Below, in pieces: positions 27,719 through 36,723 of a stretch of 53,030 bases of DNA (position 1 is its first letter; each line of letters starts with the position of its first letter). Below the pieces are notes generated by a model. It saw nothing but the letters and a program-made list of their open reading frames with translations. It had not been told where the DNA came from and searched no databases. The DNA lies in the IMG/VR virus record IMGVR_UViG_3300025120_000074, positions 1 through 53,030 of that record. The stretch is one strand, 5' to 3'. The DNA comes from a virus (Duplodnaviria; Caudoviricetes). The position numbers and the translations under genes were made by a program.

Positions 27719-27746
27719 AAACTTTCAATAAATTAGGAGACTAAAA

Positions 27747-28280
27747 ATGGCTACAAGAAAAGTAATATTAACTGGAATAGGTGAGTGGGCAAAGGTTTTT
27801 GAAGAGAACCGTGACACTAAAGGCTATGAAGGTGCATACGAAGTGTGTGATGGAGCGTGTACCATTGACATGATACTTGATGATGACAACATGAAGAGGT
27901 TGACAGCATCTAGGTCTATGAAGAAGGGAACACCAGACCCTGAAGGTAGAGGAACTAAGGTTAGACTTGTACGTAAGTTTGATACTGGTAGGGATTGGGA
28001 TAGTGGTGCTCCTGTAGTGACCAAGGCTGATGGTACTAGGTGGAACTACGATGAAGATGGTACGATTGGTAATGGTTCTACCATCCAAGTTACCCTCTCT
28101 GTCTACGACACTAGCCGTAAAGCTATTGTAGGTACACGACTAGACAGGGTAAAGGTTATAGATCATGTGGAGTACATTGCTCCTGATGATGTAGATGAGG
28201 TAGTTCCACCACATTCACCACCACCTCTGACTCAAGTCACAGCAGGGAGCAGAGAAAATGCGGAAGAAATACTCTTCTAA
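27747..28280 (+). CDS. ssb: single-stranded DNA-binding protein (T7 gp2.5-like)
   Basis: IGNGS motif, acidic tail ending in Phe, located after polA. Confidence 0.7.
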   Translation: MATRKVILTGIGEWAKVFEENRDTKGYEGAYEVCDGACTIDMILDDDNMKRLTASRSMKKGTPDPEGRGTKVRLVRKFDTGRDWDSGAPVVTKADGTRWNYDEDGTIGNGSTIQVTLSVYDTSRKAIVGTRLDRVKVIDHVEYIAPDDVDEVVPPHSPPPLTQVTAGSRENAEEILF

Positions 28281-28398
28281 ACCCAGAAACCTTGAGGCTA
28301 AAGAACTTTGGACAACCAAGTATAGCCTCAAGGTTATCCCTCTTAAGATCAAGAAGCTCTTTAGAAAAAGAAAACATAAGTTAGGACTTAAAGAATGA
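28258..28398 (+). CDS. 46-aa basic ArfA-like peptide (not in ORF track)
   Basis: GGGAG RBS; PRNLEAKELWTTKYSLKV...FRKRKHK; ATGA overlap with the nuclease. Confidence 0.55.
   Translation: MRKKYSSKPRNLEAKELWTTKYSLKVIPLKIKKLFRKRKHKLGLKE
28288..28335 (+). promoter_or_regulatory. long hairpin, candidate RNase III site
   Basis: 13-bp perfect stem AACCTTGAGGCTA/TAGCCTCAAGGTT, internal loop, upper stem TTGG-ACAA-CCAA. Confidence 0.55.
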
Positions 28399-29249
28399 AA
28401 ACAATAAAGACTCTTGTAAAAGATATGTACAAAACCTTAGAGGGTAAGGGTGAGTGGAATGAAATACGCAGTAAGACTTTGGCTGATGGCATCTCTGTTC
28501 TATCTAATCAACGTTTCAGTAAACCTCAAGAACCCAGAGGTTATCTATCTCTTTCTTCTATTGGTACTCCTTGTAAACGTAAGCTCTGGTACAAGGTAAA
28601 CAAGTCAGGAGAGGGAGAGAGCCTAACACCTAACACTCTACTAAAGTTCTTCTACGGTGATATGATAGAGGAGTTGATACTAGAACTAGCGAAAGCCAGT
28701 GGGCATGACATAAAAGGGCAGCAAGATAGACTCAATGTTCATGGTATCAAGGGGCATAGAGATGCAGTGATTGATGGTATGACAGTAGATGTTAAGTCCT
28801 GTAGCACCTACGCATTTAAAAAGTTTAAGGAAGGAAAACTTAGAGATGATGATCCATTTGGATATATATCACAGCTTAGTTCCTACGTCTACGCAGGTAA
28901 GGATGACCCACTTGTTACTGACAAAACACATGGAGCTTTTTTGGCAGTTGACAAACAGAATGGACATATTTGTTTGGATGTATATGATTTTACTGAGGAG
29001 TTAAAGACTAAACAAAAAGAAATGTTAGCAGCAGCAGAAATGGTTAAGAACGACATTCCAGAAGAAAGAATAGATGCTGTACCACAGTCTAAGACAAGCC
29101 CCAATACAAAGCTAAGTATGCAGTGCAGCTACTGTGAATACAAGTATCTTTGTTGGGATGAGGTGAGAACATTCATCTACTCCTATGGACCTGAGTATTT
29201 AATTAATGTCGTTAATGAACCTAAAGTACCAGAGGTGTTCCATGACTAA
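28395..29249 (+). CDS. PD-(D/E)XK exonuclease, Cas4/RecB-like with Cys cluster
   Basis: LSLSSIG.PC.RKLWY, GHRD...DVKS, Q..SY, CSYCEYK.LC. Confidence 0.8.
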   Translation: MKTIKTLVKDMYKTLEGKGEWNEIRSKTLADGISVLSNQRFSKPQEPRGYLSLSSIGTPCKRKLWYKVNKSGEGESLTPNTLLKFFYGDMIEELILELAKASGHDIKGQQDRLNVHGIKGHRDAVIDGMTVDVKSCSTYAFKKFKEGKLRDDDPFGYISQLSSYVYAGKDDPLVTDKTHGAFLAVDKQNGHICLDVYDFTEELKTKQKEMLAAAEMVKNDIPEERIDAVPQSKTSPNTKLSMQCSYCEYKYLCWDEVRTFIYSYGPEYLINVVNEPKVPEVFHD

Positions 29250-29598
29250 GACTAGGACAGGTAAGGCAAAGGGTAGGCTAGGTCAACAAGAAGTTAGGGA
29301 TACACTACTTAAAACTTTTTATGAATTACACCCTGACGATATAAAGAGTACAGTTATGGGAGATACAGGAGAAGATATACAACTCTCTCCTGCTGCTAGA
29401 AGACTTATACCACTGTCTATAGAAGTTAAAAGACGTAAGGAAGGTATGAAAACTGCATACGGTTACATAGAACAGGCAGCTAAACATAATACAGGAGAGC
29501 CTGTAGTATTCTTTAGGTCAGACAGAAAGCCTTGGATAGTTATGGTAGGTATGGAACACTATATGGATTTGATTAGAACTTGGGGAGTTAGTAAATGA
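29242..29598 (+). CDS. putative Holliday-junction resolvase (PD-(D/E)XK)
   Basis: K.KGR..QQ, MG..GEDI.LSP, SIEVK, PVVFF; start revised to 29242 after GAGGTG. Confidence 0.7.
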   Translation: MTKTRTGKAKGRLGQQEVRDTLLKTFYELHPDDIKSTVMGDTGEDIQLSPAARRLIPLSIEVKRRKEGMKTAYGYIEQAAKHNTGEPVVFFRSDRKPWIVMVGMEHYMDLIRTWGVSK

Positions 29599-29870
29599 GT
29601 ACTGTAAAGATATGGGCTGTTACTGAAGGTCCAAAATCTATAGATGAAGTAGACTATGATGATAACTTTGCAGAGGATCATCCAGAAGGTTGTAATTATT
29701 TTACTGTGTGCAAGGTAGAAAAAAATGGTAAGCTTGAAGACCATGAGTTTTGGTTTCCTACACTGACCAACGCTCACGAATTTAAAAACTATATAGACTC
29801 TCATATGGAAGCTGTTGAGTTAGATGATGAGGGTATATTAGACTATCAAAATTATGGAAATATAAATTGA
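29595..29870 (+). CDS. hypothetical protein
   Basis: ATGA overlap; 91 aa. Confidence 0.6.
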   Translation: MSTVKIWAVTEGPKSIDEVDYDDNFAEDHPEGCNYFTVCKVEKNGKLEDHEFWFPTLTNAHEFKNYIDSHMEAVELDDEGILDYQNYGNIN

Positions 29871-29894
29871 CATTTAAAGTATATGGAGTATAAC
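29867..29894 (+). promoter_or_regulatory. promoter, TTGACA-N13-GAG-TATAACT class
   Basis: TTGACA-16-TATAAC upstream of the MazG/RNR genes. Confidence 0.6.
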
Positions 29895-29895
29895 T

Positions 29896-30126
29896 ATGGG
29901 TTTACGTTATGAGATATTGATGACGATAGATATTGAACCTACTGCAAACTTCTTAGAAGTAGAGGGGGTTAGTGATTTTAATGTTATAAAAGAAACAATA
30001 CAGTCAGCACTGTATGATTTAGATGATGTAGATATAGAAGATTTAGATGTAACAAGGAGATTAGATGAAATATACAATGAAGATTTACAGTCAGGAAGTA
30101 GAAAAATTAATTATAACAGAGCCTAG
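29896..30126 (+). CDS. acidic hypothetical protein
   Basis: GGAG RBS; 76 aa. Confidence 0.55.
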   Translation: MGLRYEILMTIDIEPTANFLEVEGVSDFNVIKETIQSALYDLDDVDIEDLDVTRRLDEIYNEDLQSGSRKINYNRA

Positions 30127-30382
30127 AAATAGGTTGTTAGAAAATACATTAGGTCTTGGAGAGGAAGCAGGTGAGGTACTTGGTAAGATCAAGAAGCTTG
30201 TCAGAGACAAAACTTATTCTAAAGAAGAAATTATTAAGGAACTAGGTGACTGTCTCTTTTATGTCACTGCTATAGCAAACTATCTAGGTGATGACTTACA
30301 GGCTGTAGCAGATGCTAACATGGCTAAGTTAAAAGATAGAAAGAAGAGAGATGTAATCCAAGGGTCAGGAGATAATAGATGA
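30065..30382 (+). CDS. mazG: MazG-like nucleotide pyrophosphohydrolase
   Basis: LGL.EEAGEV..KIKK..RD, KELGD.LFY, N..KL.DR..R..I.GSGDNR. Confidence 0.85.
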   Translation: MKYTMKIYSQEVEKLIITEPRNRLLENTLGLGEEAGEVLGKIKKLVRDKTYSKEEIIKELGDCLFYVTAIANYLGDDLQAVADANMAKLKDRKKRDVIQGSGDNR

Positions 30383-32304
30383 ACAACATGTTACCATCAG
30401 ACTACCAAAACTTTATAGCTACATCACGTTATGCACGATGGCTAGACGATGAAGGACGTAGAGAAACGTGGAGTGAAACTGTGTCACGCTACGTAAACTA
30501 TATGCATGACAAGGTTAAGTTCTCTAAGGAAGACAAGTCTGAGATTGAACAGGCTATCTTAGGGCTAGATGTTATGCCAAGCATGAGAGCCTTGATGAGT
30601 GCAGGTACAGCTTTAGAGAGAGACAACACAGCAGGATACAACTGTAGCTACCTACCAGTAGATGACCCTAAGTCTTTTGATGAGGCTATGTACATCCTAC
30701 TGTGTGGTACAGGTGTAGGCTTCTCAGTTGAGCGTCAGTACATTGACAAGCTACCTGAGATACCAGAGAAGATGTTCAAAAGCGACACTACAATAGTTGT
30801 TAAGGACAGCAAGGAAGGTTGGGCTAAGTCACTACGTATGCTGATAGCGTTACTGTACGCAGGAGAGATACCCTCTTACGATGTCAGCAAAGTTAGACCT
30901 GCAGGAGCTAGGCTTAAAACATTTGGTGGCAGAGCCAGTGGTCCTGCACCTCTCGTAGACCTATTCAAGTTTACTATCAACCTGTTCAACAACAATGCAG
31001 GTAAGAAGCTCACAAGCTATGACTGCCACTCTCTTATGTGTAAGATAGGTGAGGTTGTGGTTGTGGGTGGTGTACGTAGGTCAGCTATGATTAGCCTGAG
31101 TAACCTCTCAGACATACGTATGAGACAGGCTAAGTCTGGACAGTGGTGGGATACTGCACCTCACATGGCACTCTCTAACAACTCTGTTAGCTACACAGAC
31201 AAGCCTGACGCAGAGACATTCATGCGTGAGTGGACATCTCTGATTGAATCTAAGTCTGGTGAACGTGGTATCTTCAATAGAGTAGCTGCTAAGAAACAGG
31301 CTGCTAAGAATGGAAGGAGAGATGCTGACCATGAGTTTGGCTGTAACCCCTGTTCAGAAATAATATTACGTCCATACCAATTTTGTAATCTTACTGAGGT
31401 AATCATACGAGCTACAGATACCTTGGCTGACTTAAAACGTAAGGTACGTATAGCTACTATCTTGGGTACAGCACAGGCTACACTCACTAAGTTCCCTTAC
31501 TTGCGTAAGATATGGAGTACAAACACAGAGGAAGAAAGACTACTAGGTGTATCTCTTACAGGTATTATGGACAATCAGTTGACCAATGGCAGACAGGAGT
31601 TCATATCACATGAAGGAAAGTTGAGTACTATACTACCTAGATTAAAACAGGAAGCTGTAGATACAAATAAAGAGTATGCTAAGAAATGGAAGATACCTCA
31701 GTCAGTAGCTATCACCTGTGTTAAACCATCAGGTACAGTGTCACAACTCTGTGACAGTGCGAGTGGCATACATGCTAGACACAGCAACTACTACATCAGG
31801 ACTGTACGTGGTGACAACAAAGACCCACTGACACAGTTTATGATTGACCAAGGTATACCTAGTGAGCCTGACGTAATGAAGCCTGATGCTACTACAGTGT
31901 TTAGTTTTCCTATGCAGTCACCTGAAGGTTCAGTCACACGTAATGACATGACAGCTATCCAACAACTACGAATGTGGATGGCATATCAAGAGCATTGGTG
32001 TGAGCATAAACCTAGCTGTACTGTAACAGTACGTGACCACGAATGGGTAGAGGTAGGTGCATATGTTTACAATCACTTTGATGCAATGTCAGGTGTATCA
32101 TTCTTGCCACACTCTGACCATGTTTATCAACAAGCACCATATCAAGACTGTACTAAAGAAGAGTATGATGTTATGATTAAGTCTACTAACACCAACATAA
32201 ATTGGGATAGACTGATGGACTATGAGAAGGAAGATACTACATCAGGCAGTCAAACTTTTGCTTGTAGTGGTGACACCTGTGAAATTGTAGACATAGGGGC
32301 ATAG
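30379..32304 (+). CDS. nrdJ: class II (adenosylcobalamin) ribonucleotide reductase
   Basis: NPCSEI, TCVKPSGTVS, GGVRRSA, C-terminal CSGDTC; no beta subunit gene. Confidence 0.9.
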   Translation: MNNMLPSDYQNFIATSRYARWLDDEGRRETWSETVSRYVNYMHDKVKFSKEDKSEIEQAILGLDVMPSMRALMSAGTALERDNTAGYNCSYLPVDDPKSFDEAMYILLCGTGVGFSVERQYIDKLPEIPEKMFKSDTTIVVKDSKEGWAKSLRMLIALLYAGEIPSYDVSKVRPAGARLKTFGGRASGPAPLVDLFKFTINLFNNNAGKKLTSYDCHSLMCKIGEVVVVGGVRRSAMISLSNLSDIRMRQAKSGQWWDTAPHMALSNNSVSYTDKPDAETFMREWTSLIESKSGERGIFNRVAAKKQAAKNGRRDADHEFGCNPCSEIILRPYQFCNLTEVIIRATDTLADLKRKVRIATILGTAQATLTKFPYLRKIWSTNTEEERLLGVSLTGIMDNQLTNGRQEFISHEGKLSTILPRLKQEAVDTNKEYAKKWKIPQSVAITCVKPSGTVSQLCDSASGIHARHSNYYIRTVRGDNKDPLTQFMIDQGIPSEPDVMKPDATTVFSFPMQSPEGSVTRNDMTAIQQLRMWMAYQEHWCEHKPSCTVTVRDHEWVEVGAYVYNHFDAMSGVSFLPHSDHVYQQAPYQDCTKEEYDVMIKSTNTNINWDRLMDYEKEDTTSGSQTFACSGDTCEIVDIGA

Positions 32305-32305
32305 T

Positions 32306-32677
32306 ATGACAGTATTTAAGTGGGGGATAGAGATGTGTTCCATGTGTGGTTATCTTCTTGATGACAACATGGAATGCCCTGAGTGTGAAATATGTAATGG
32401 AGATAAAATGAATAAGCAAATGACAGCAGAGAATGTATTTAAAACTAACAACTTTGACACAGTAACGAAACCAATTCACTACAATCAGAGTGGCATAGAG
32501 TGTATTGATGCTATCAATGCAATGACTAACACAATGAATGGTACGTCAGCTTACATGGCAGGTAATGTCTTGAAGTATGTATGGAGACATGAGTATAAGA
32601 ATGGACTAGAAGATTTGGAGAAGGCACAAGTGTACTTGGGGTGGTTGATAGAGAACTACAAGAAGGTACACAAGTAG
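32306..32677 (+). CDS. DUF3310 (T7 gp1.7-like) protein with N-terminal Cys-rich Zn ribbon
   Basis: V.KP.HYN..GIECIDAI...GNVLKYVWR...KNG.EDL.KA..YL. Confidence 0.8.
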   Translation: MTVFKWGIEMCSMCGYLLDDNMECPECEICNGDKMNKQMTAENVFKTNNFDTVTKPIHYNQSGIECIDAINAMTNTMNGTSAYMAGNVLKYVWRHEYKNGLEDLEKAQVYLGWLIENYKKVHK

Positions 32678-32682
32678 TTAGT

Positions 32683-35600
32683 CTATTGTGTTGCTATATT
32701 TTGCAAACCTAAACTAATTGTTTCATATTCTTTCATATAATAAAGTATATTTTGTAGTACTTGTACAGCATCTTCTCTTTTTAGAATAGCATCCATATCA
32801 TCTTCAAGACCTAGAAACTTAAGTGCAAAATCTCTTTTTACTTTTGAACCCTTAGTCACATCCCTAAGTAAACTGAGACTTGGTGGTGTTTGTGCATTTA
32901 ATATTTCTAAAGTTCTTTTCTTTAATTCTTCCTTAAGCCCACCCTTACCAAGTATAATTTCTCTCTTCTGATCTAAATCTAATTTACCAAAAGTAGGATA
33001 CTTTTTTAAAGTTTCTATAGCTAACTCTTCAAAGATGGGTGCAGCTATAGTATTCATAGCATTTTTTACTCTAGCATCTCCTTGCCAGTTAATAAAATCC
33101 CAAGTCTTTAAACCTATTTGATTTAATAAAACTTTTCCATACGTTAATTTTTGAGAGTTTCTTGAACCTAAAAACTTTGCTAAGTCAGGACGATACTCTG
33201 TACCTGAAGTAATACTTCCTTTAAGTTCAGGTTTTTCATACATCTCTGAGTAAGGTATCTCCATATCAAATATGTTAAGTCTATCCTCTGGTATTAGACC
33301 CTCTATATATTTTGTAGCAGTGTTATAATTAATTGCACCCTGTTTTAAATCAAAGTTTGTATGATTACCATTTAAAACATTTGCAACTGTACTAGCAGGT
33401 TCAAATCCTCTTGATGCACCTTGAGCAATTCTAGCAAAAAGAATTGGAAGTCTATCTAAAAGAAATTCTGTTCCACTATCTACCCTACCATCTGCAATAT
33501 CTTTCATCGTAGTACCTAGTGCTTTATATAATCTATCTACCTGTCGTATAGCTGATCCACCTAATTGTAATCCTAGTTCTTCAACTAACTCAAAGGGTAT
33601 GTTTTTAGGATTAAAATTTTGTGCAAAGTATTCTTCGTAATCAGCTACAGTATTTAACTTACTTAAATCTTGTTTTAAATTTCTACCATCTCCAGATAAA
33701 CCATGTGCAATCATCTGTGCAATCAACTGTCCTTGATTTATATTCCAATCAAATTGAGAATCATCTAAACTACCATCTGGTCTAATATTTTCATTATAAG
33801 CTCTACCCTCAGTAACTTTATTTATAGCAGAGTTTGTACCCACAACAGTAAATAAACCAACTGTACCCCAACCTGCCATAGTTTTTCCTATAACTGCTGT
33901 AGCTTCTTGTGTTACAGGGTCTAACTTTTTTCTTAATGCTTTGTGAGACATGTATCTTATAGCTTGTATACCTGATGTATCTGCAAAGGTAGCAAGAACA
34001 GTATTCATAAAACTTCCAAAGGGTATCCCAAAACCTACAACTGTTTTATTAGTAGCATATTCTAAACCTTTAGCTAGTTCTAACATTATAGTCGAACCAT
34101 GTTTAGTTTTTAGTGTACTCCAATTAACAGAAGCAGTTTGCATTTTTGTTCTGTGAGCACTTTTTTCTAACAACTGCATAAATTTTGGTGTCATCATTTC
34201 TACAGCAATATCATCTCTGTCAAAAAATTTTGAAGGAGAAACTCCATATGTCTTCATAATATTAGAGTTTACATTATTACCAAAAGCCCATAGTTTAGTT
34301 AGCTCATCTTGAAGTCTAACTAAGGCTACAGTTTGCATGAGTTTAGTACCGCCATCTACTATATTAATAAATGTATCTTCACCTGGAAATAACTTAGATT
34401 TGTCATCCATGTTATACAATGTTTTAGAATCAAAAGCACCACCATCTCCACTTATGTCTCTAAACAACTGTCTTTTAAAGTGTGGAATTCTTTCTAGTAT
34501 ATCTCTAGAAAACTTTATTTCTAAGTCTGGTGTAAAAACAGAAACACCTCTTCTTATAGCACCAAGAAAATTACCATACATTTGATTGTGATAATATTCT
34601 GGTGCTTTTACACCATCAATTATTTTGTTAGGGTCAAATGTTTTATAAAAAAGTGACTGACTCATATTTAAAACAGAGGTATTAATTTCTGAAGCTGCAT
34701 CTAATATAGTAAGAGCTTTAAAACCTTTTATGTTTGAACCTGTTGTTGCAGGGTGAGAGGTTAGTAATCTTTTAAATATTGATAAAGCCCACTGCATTCT
34801 TGCAGGACTAGTATCTAAACCACCGTCATTTAGTAATACCTTTAAAGCATCTTCTGGATCACCTATTTGAGTATTTAATTTAAAGAAAGCTTGAGAAGAT
34901 ATGTTTTGAATTGCACCTGCTTCAGATGCTGTTGATATAAATCGAGCACCCATTCTTTTAGCGAGAGTTCCTTTTGTATCTTTTTGTGTTAGTCTAAGTG
35001 GTCTGCCAGTTTTATCTTCAAACTTCTTAACAATCCTTTCAAGTACTTCTTCTGGTAGATATTCAATAGTTTCTGCTAAAATACCACTTACTTTTTTATC
35101 TTGTAACATCTCTTTATGAAATAAAAATCCTGCTTCTTGTAATACAGAAACATAACCTTTAGTAATAACTTTACCTTTTTCATCTACGGTGTCAGTAAAA
35201 AATTCTTTAAAAAATCTTTTAGTGTTTATTAAATCTAATTCAAAAGGGTCATATGATTTTTCATTTTTTAATAATACAATAGCTTTTTCTTTTGCTTCTT
35301 CCCAACTCTTTAATTTAGATGGATCACCTACAATATTACCAAAGTTTTCATCTACATATTTAATCATTTGTGGGATAAACGGCTTAACCTTATCGTCTAT
35401 AAGTTGTTTAGCTTTTTTACCACTTACTTTTATCTTATTGTCTATATCAACATAACCTAGCCAACTATCTTTTAAACCATCTGATCTTCTTAATTCCTTA
35501 AGACTTTGATTAGTTGCTATGTATGCAGGTATAACCATAGTCGCTAAGGCAGATAACATTACTCTACTCTTATCAATTTCTTTTTGATTACCTACATTAA

Positions 35601-36708
35601 TTAATTGTGATTGCTCTCCAATATCTAAAGCAATATTCATAACTAAGTCTGGTAGAGAATAAGTACCTGCTGCTAAGATAGACTCTCTTCTACCTACAGA
35701 TTTTAAAACATTTTGCCTAGCAACTTTTACAGGTACTCCCTTAGTTAACATAGTTTTATAGTAACCCTGCATTAACTTTGTTACACCTGCAGCAGCAGCT
35801 TTTTGTCCTGCTCCAAAGAGTACTTTACCTACTCCAAGAGTTACTATATTAAGAGGATCATGTACAGCAGACCTACTATAATCCCAGAGTGCATCTCCCA
35901 TTTCTCCCCAAGAACCACGACCAGTTATAGCATTATCCATTTTAGACCAGAGATGATAAGCTCCACCCATCTGACCTTTTTCTTTTTCATCAGCGTATAA
36001 ACCTGCAATAAGTTCATTAGCTACAGTCACAGAGTTTAATGAATTAAAAAGTCTCATCCAATTTTTATAATTTTCATAGAGTTCTTCTTTACCCATGTTT
36101 GCATAGTCTCTACTATTACCACCCATAGGAGCACCTGCTAATGCAGTTGTATACCCTGCAAGTTTACTTACTAGTGTAGGAGAAAATCTAGCCTGTAATC
36201 CTGAACGTATAGTCTCTACAAAAACTTCATCATTAAGTAAATCTTCTTTAGTCAAAGTGCCTTGATAATAATCTTCTTGAATTAAAGGTCTATCAACAAT
36301 AGGATCACCTACTTCAATGTCACTACCTCTAATATTTACAGTTTCTGCTGTACCCCTACCACTGAATGCACGACTTCTTGCTTTATTATTTATGTACTCT
36401 GGTAAATTTATTACATTATTTTTACTGCCTATAGTAGTTAAAGAAGGTGCATTTATAGGTACTATATTACTAAAGTCAATATTACCTACAGGTATATTAC
36501 TAGTATCTATTACTCCACCATAATCAATAGGGGGTGGAGCAGAGTTTTTTAAATAGTCAGTAATGACACCAGTAGGATAATCTTTTTTAATCTCAGGTGC
36601 ATCCACTATAAAATCTGAAGTAGGTTCAATAACAACTTCTTCATTGTCAATAACAAACTCTTCTACATTATTTAAATTAATATTACCTACAGGATAATTC
36701 TCTGCCAT
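32683..36708 (-). CDS. large internal virion (ejection) protein
   Basis: 1341 aa, helical, last gene of the structural arm as for T7 gp16. Confidence 0.6.
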   Translation of the reverse strand: MAENYPVGNINLNNVEEFVIDNEEVVIEPTSDFIVDAPEIKKDYPTGVITDYLKNSAPPPIDYGGVIDTSNIPVGNIDFSNIVPINAPSLTTIGSKNNVINLPEYINNKARSRAFSGRGTAETVNIRGSDIEVGDPIVDRPLIQEDYYQGTLTKEDLLNDEVFVETIRSGLQARFSPTLVSKLAGYTTALAGAPMGGNSRDYANMGKEELYENYKNWMRLFNSLNSVTVANELIAGLYADEKEKGQMGGAYHLWSKMDNAITGRGSWGEMGDALWDYSRSAVHDPLNIVTLGVGKVLFGAGQKAAAAGVTKLMQGYYKTMLTKGVPVKVARQNVLKSVGRRESILAAGTYSLPDLVMNIALDIGEQSQLINVGNQKEIDKSRVMLSALATMVIPAYIATNQSLKELRRSDGLKDSWLGYVDIDNKIKVSGKKAKQLIDDKVKPFIPQMIKYVDENFGNIVGDPSKLKSWEEAKEKAIVLLKNEKSYDPFELDLINTKRFFKEFFTDTVDEKGKVITKGYVSVLQEAGFLFHKEMLQDKKVSGILAETIEYLPEEVLERIVKKFEDKTGRPLRLTQKDTKGTLAKRMGARFISTASEAGAIQNISSQAFFKLNTQIGDPEDALKVLLNDGGLDTSPARMQWALSIFKRLLTSHPATTGSNIKGFKALTILDAASEINTSVLNMSQSLFYKTFDPNKIIDGVKAPEYYHNQMYGNFLGAIRRGVSVFTPDLEIKFSRDILERIPHFKRQLFRDISGDGGAFDSKTLYNMDDKSKLFPGEDTFINIVDGGTKLMQTVALVRLQDELTKLWAFGNNVNSNIMKTYGVSPSKFFDRDDIAVEMMTPKFMQLLEKSAHRTKMQTASVNWSTLKTKHGSTIMLELAKGLEYATNKTVVGFGIPFGSFMNTVLATFADTSGIQAIRYMSHKALRKKLDPVTQEATAVIGKTMAGWGTVGLFTVVGTNSAINKVTEGRAYNENIRPDGSLDDSQFDWNINQGQLIAQMIAHGLSGDGRNLKQDLSKLNTVADYEEYFAQNFNPKNIPFELVEELGLQLGGSAIRQVDRLYKALGTTMKDIADGRVDSGTEFLLDRLPILFARIAQGASRGFEPASTVANVLNGNHTNFDLKQGAINYNTATKYIEGLIPEDRLNIFDMEIPYSEMYEKPELKGSITSGTEYRPDLAKFLGSRNSQKLTYGKVLLNQIGLKTWDFINWQGDARVKNAMNTIAAPIFEELAIETLKKYPTFGKLDLDQKREIILGKGGLKEELKKRTLEILNAQTPPSLSLLRDVTKGSKVKRDFALKFLGLEDDMDAILKREDAVQVLQNILYYMKEYETISLGLQNIATQ

Positions 36709-36723
36709 ATAATTTACCTTCTA

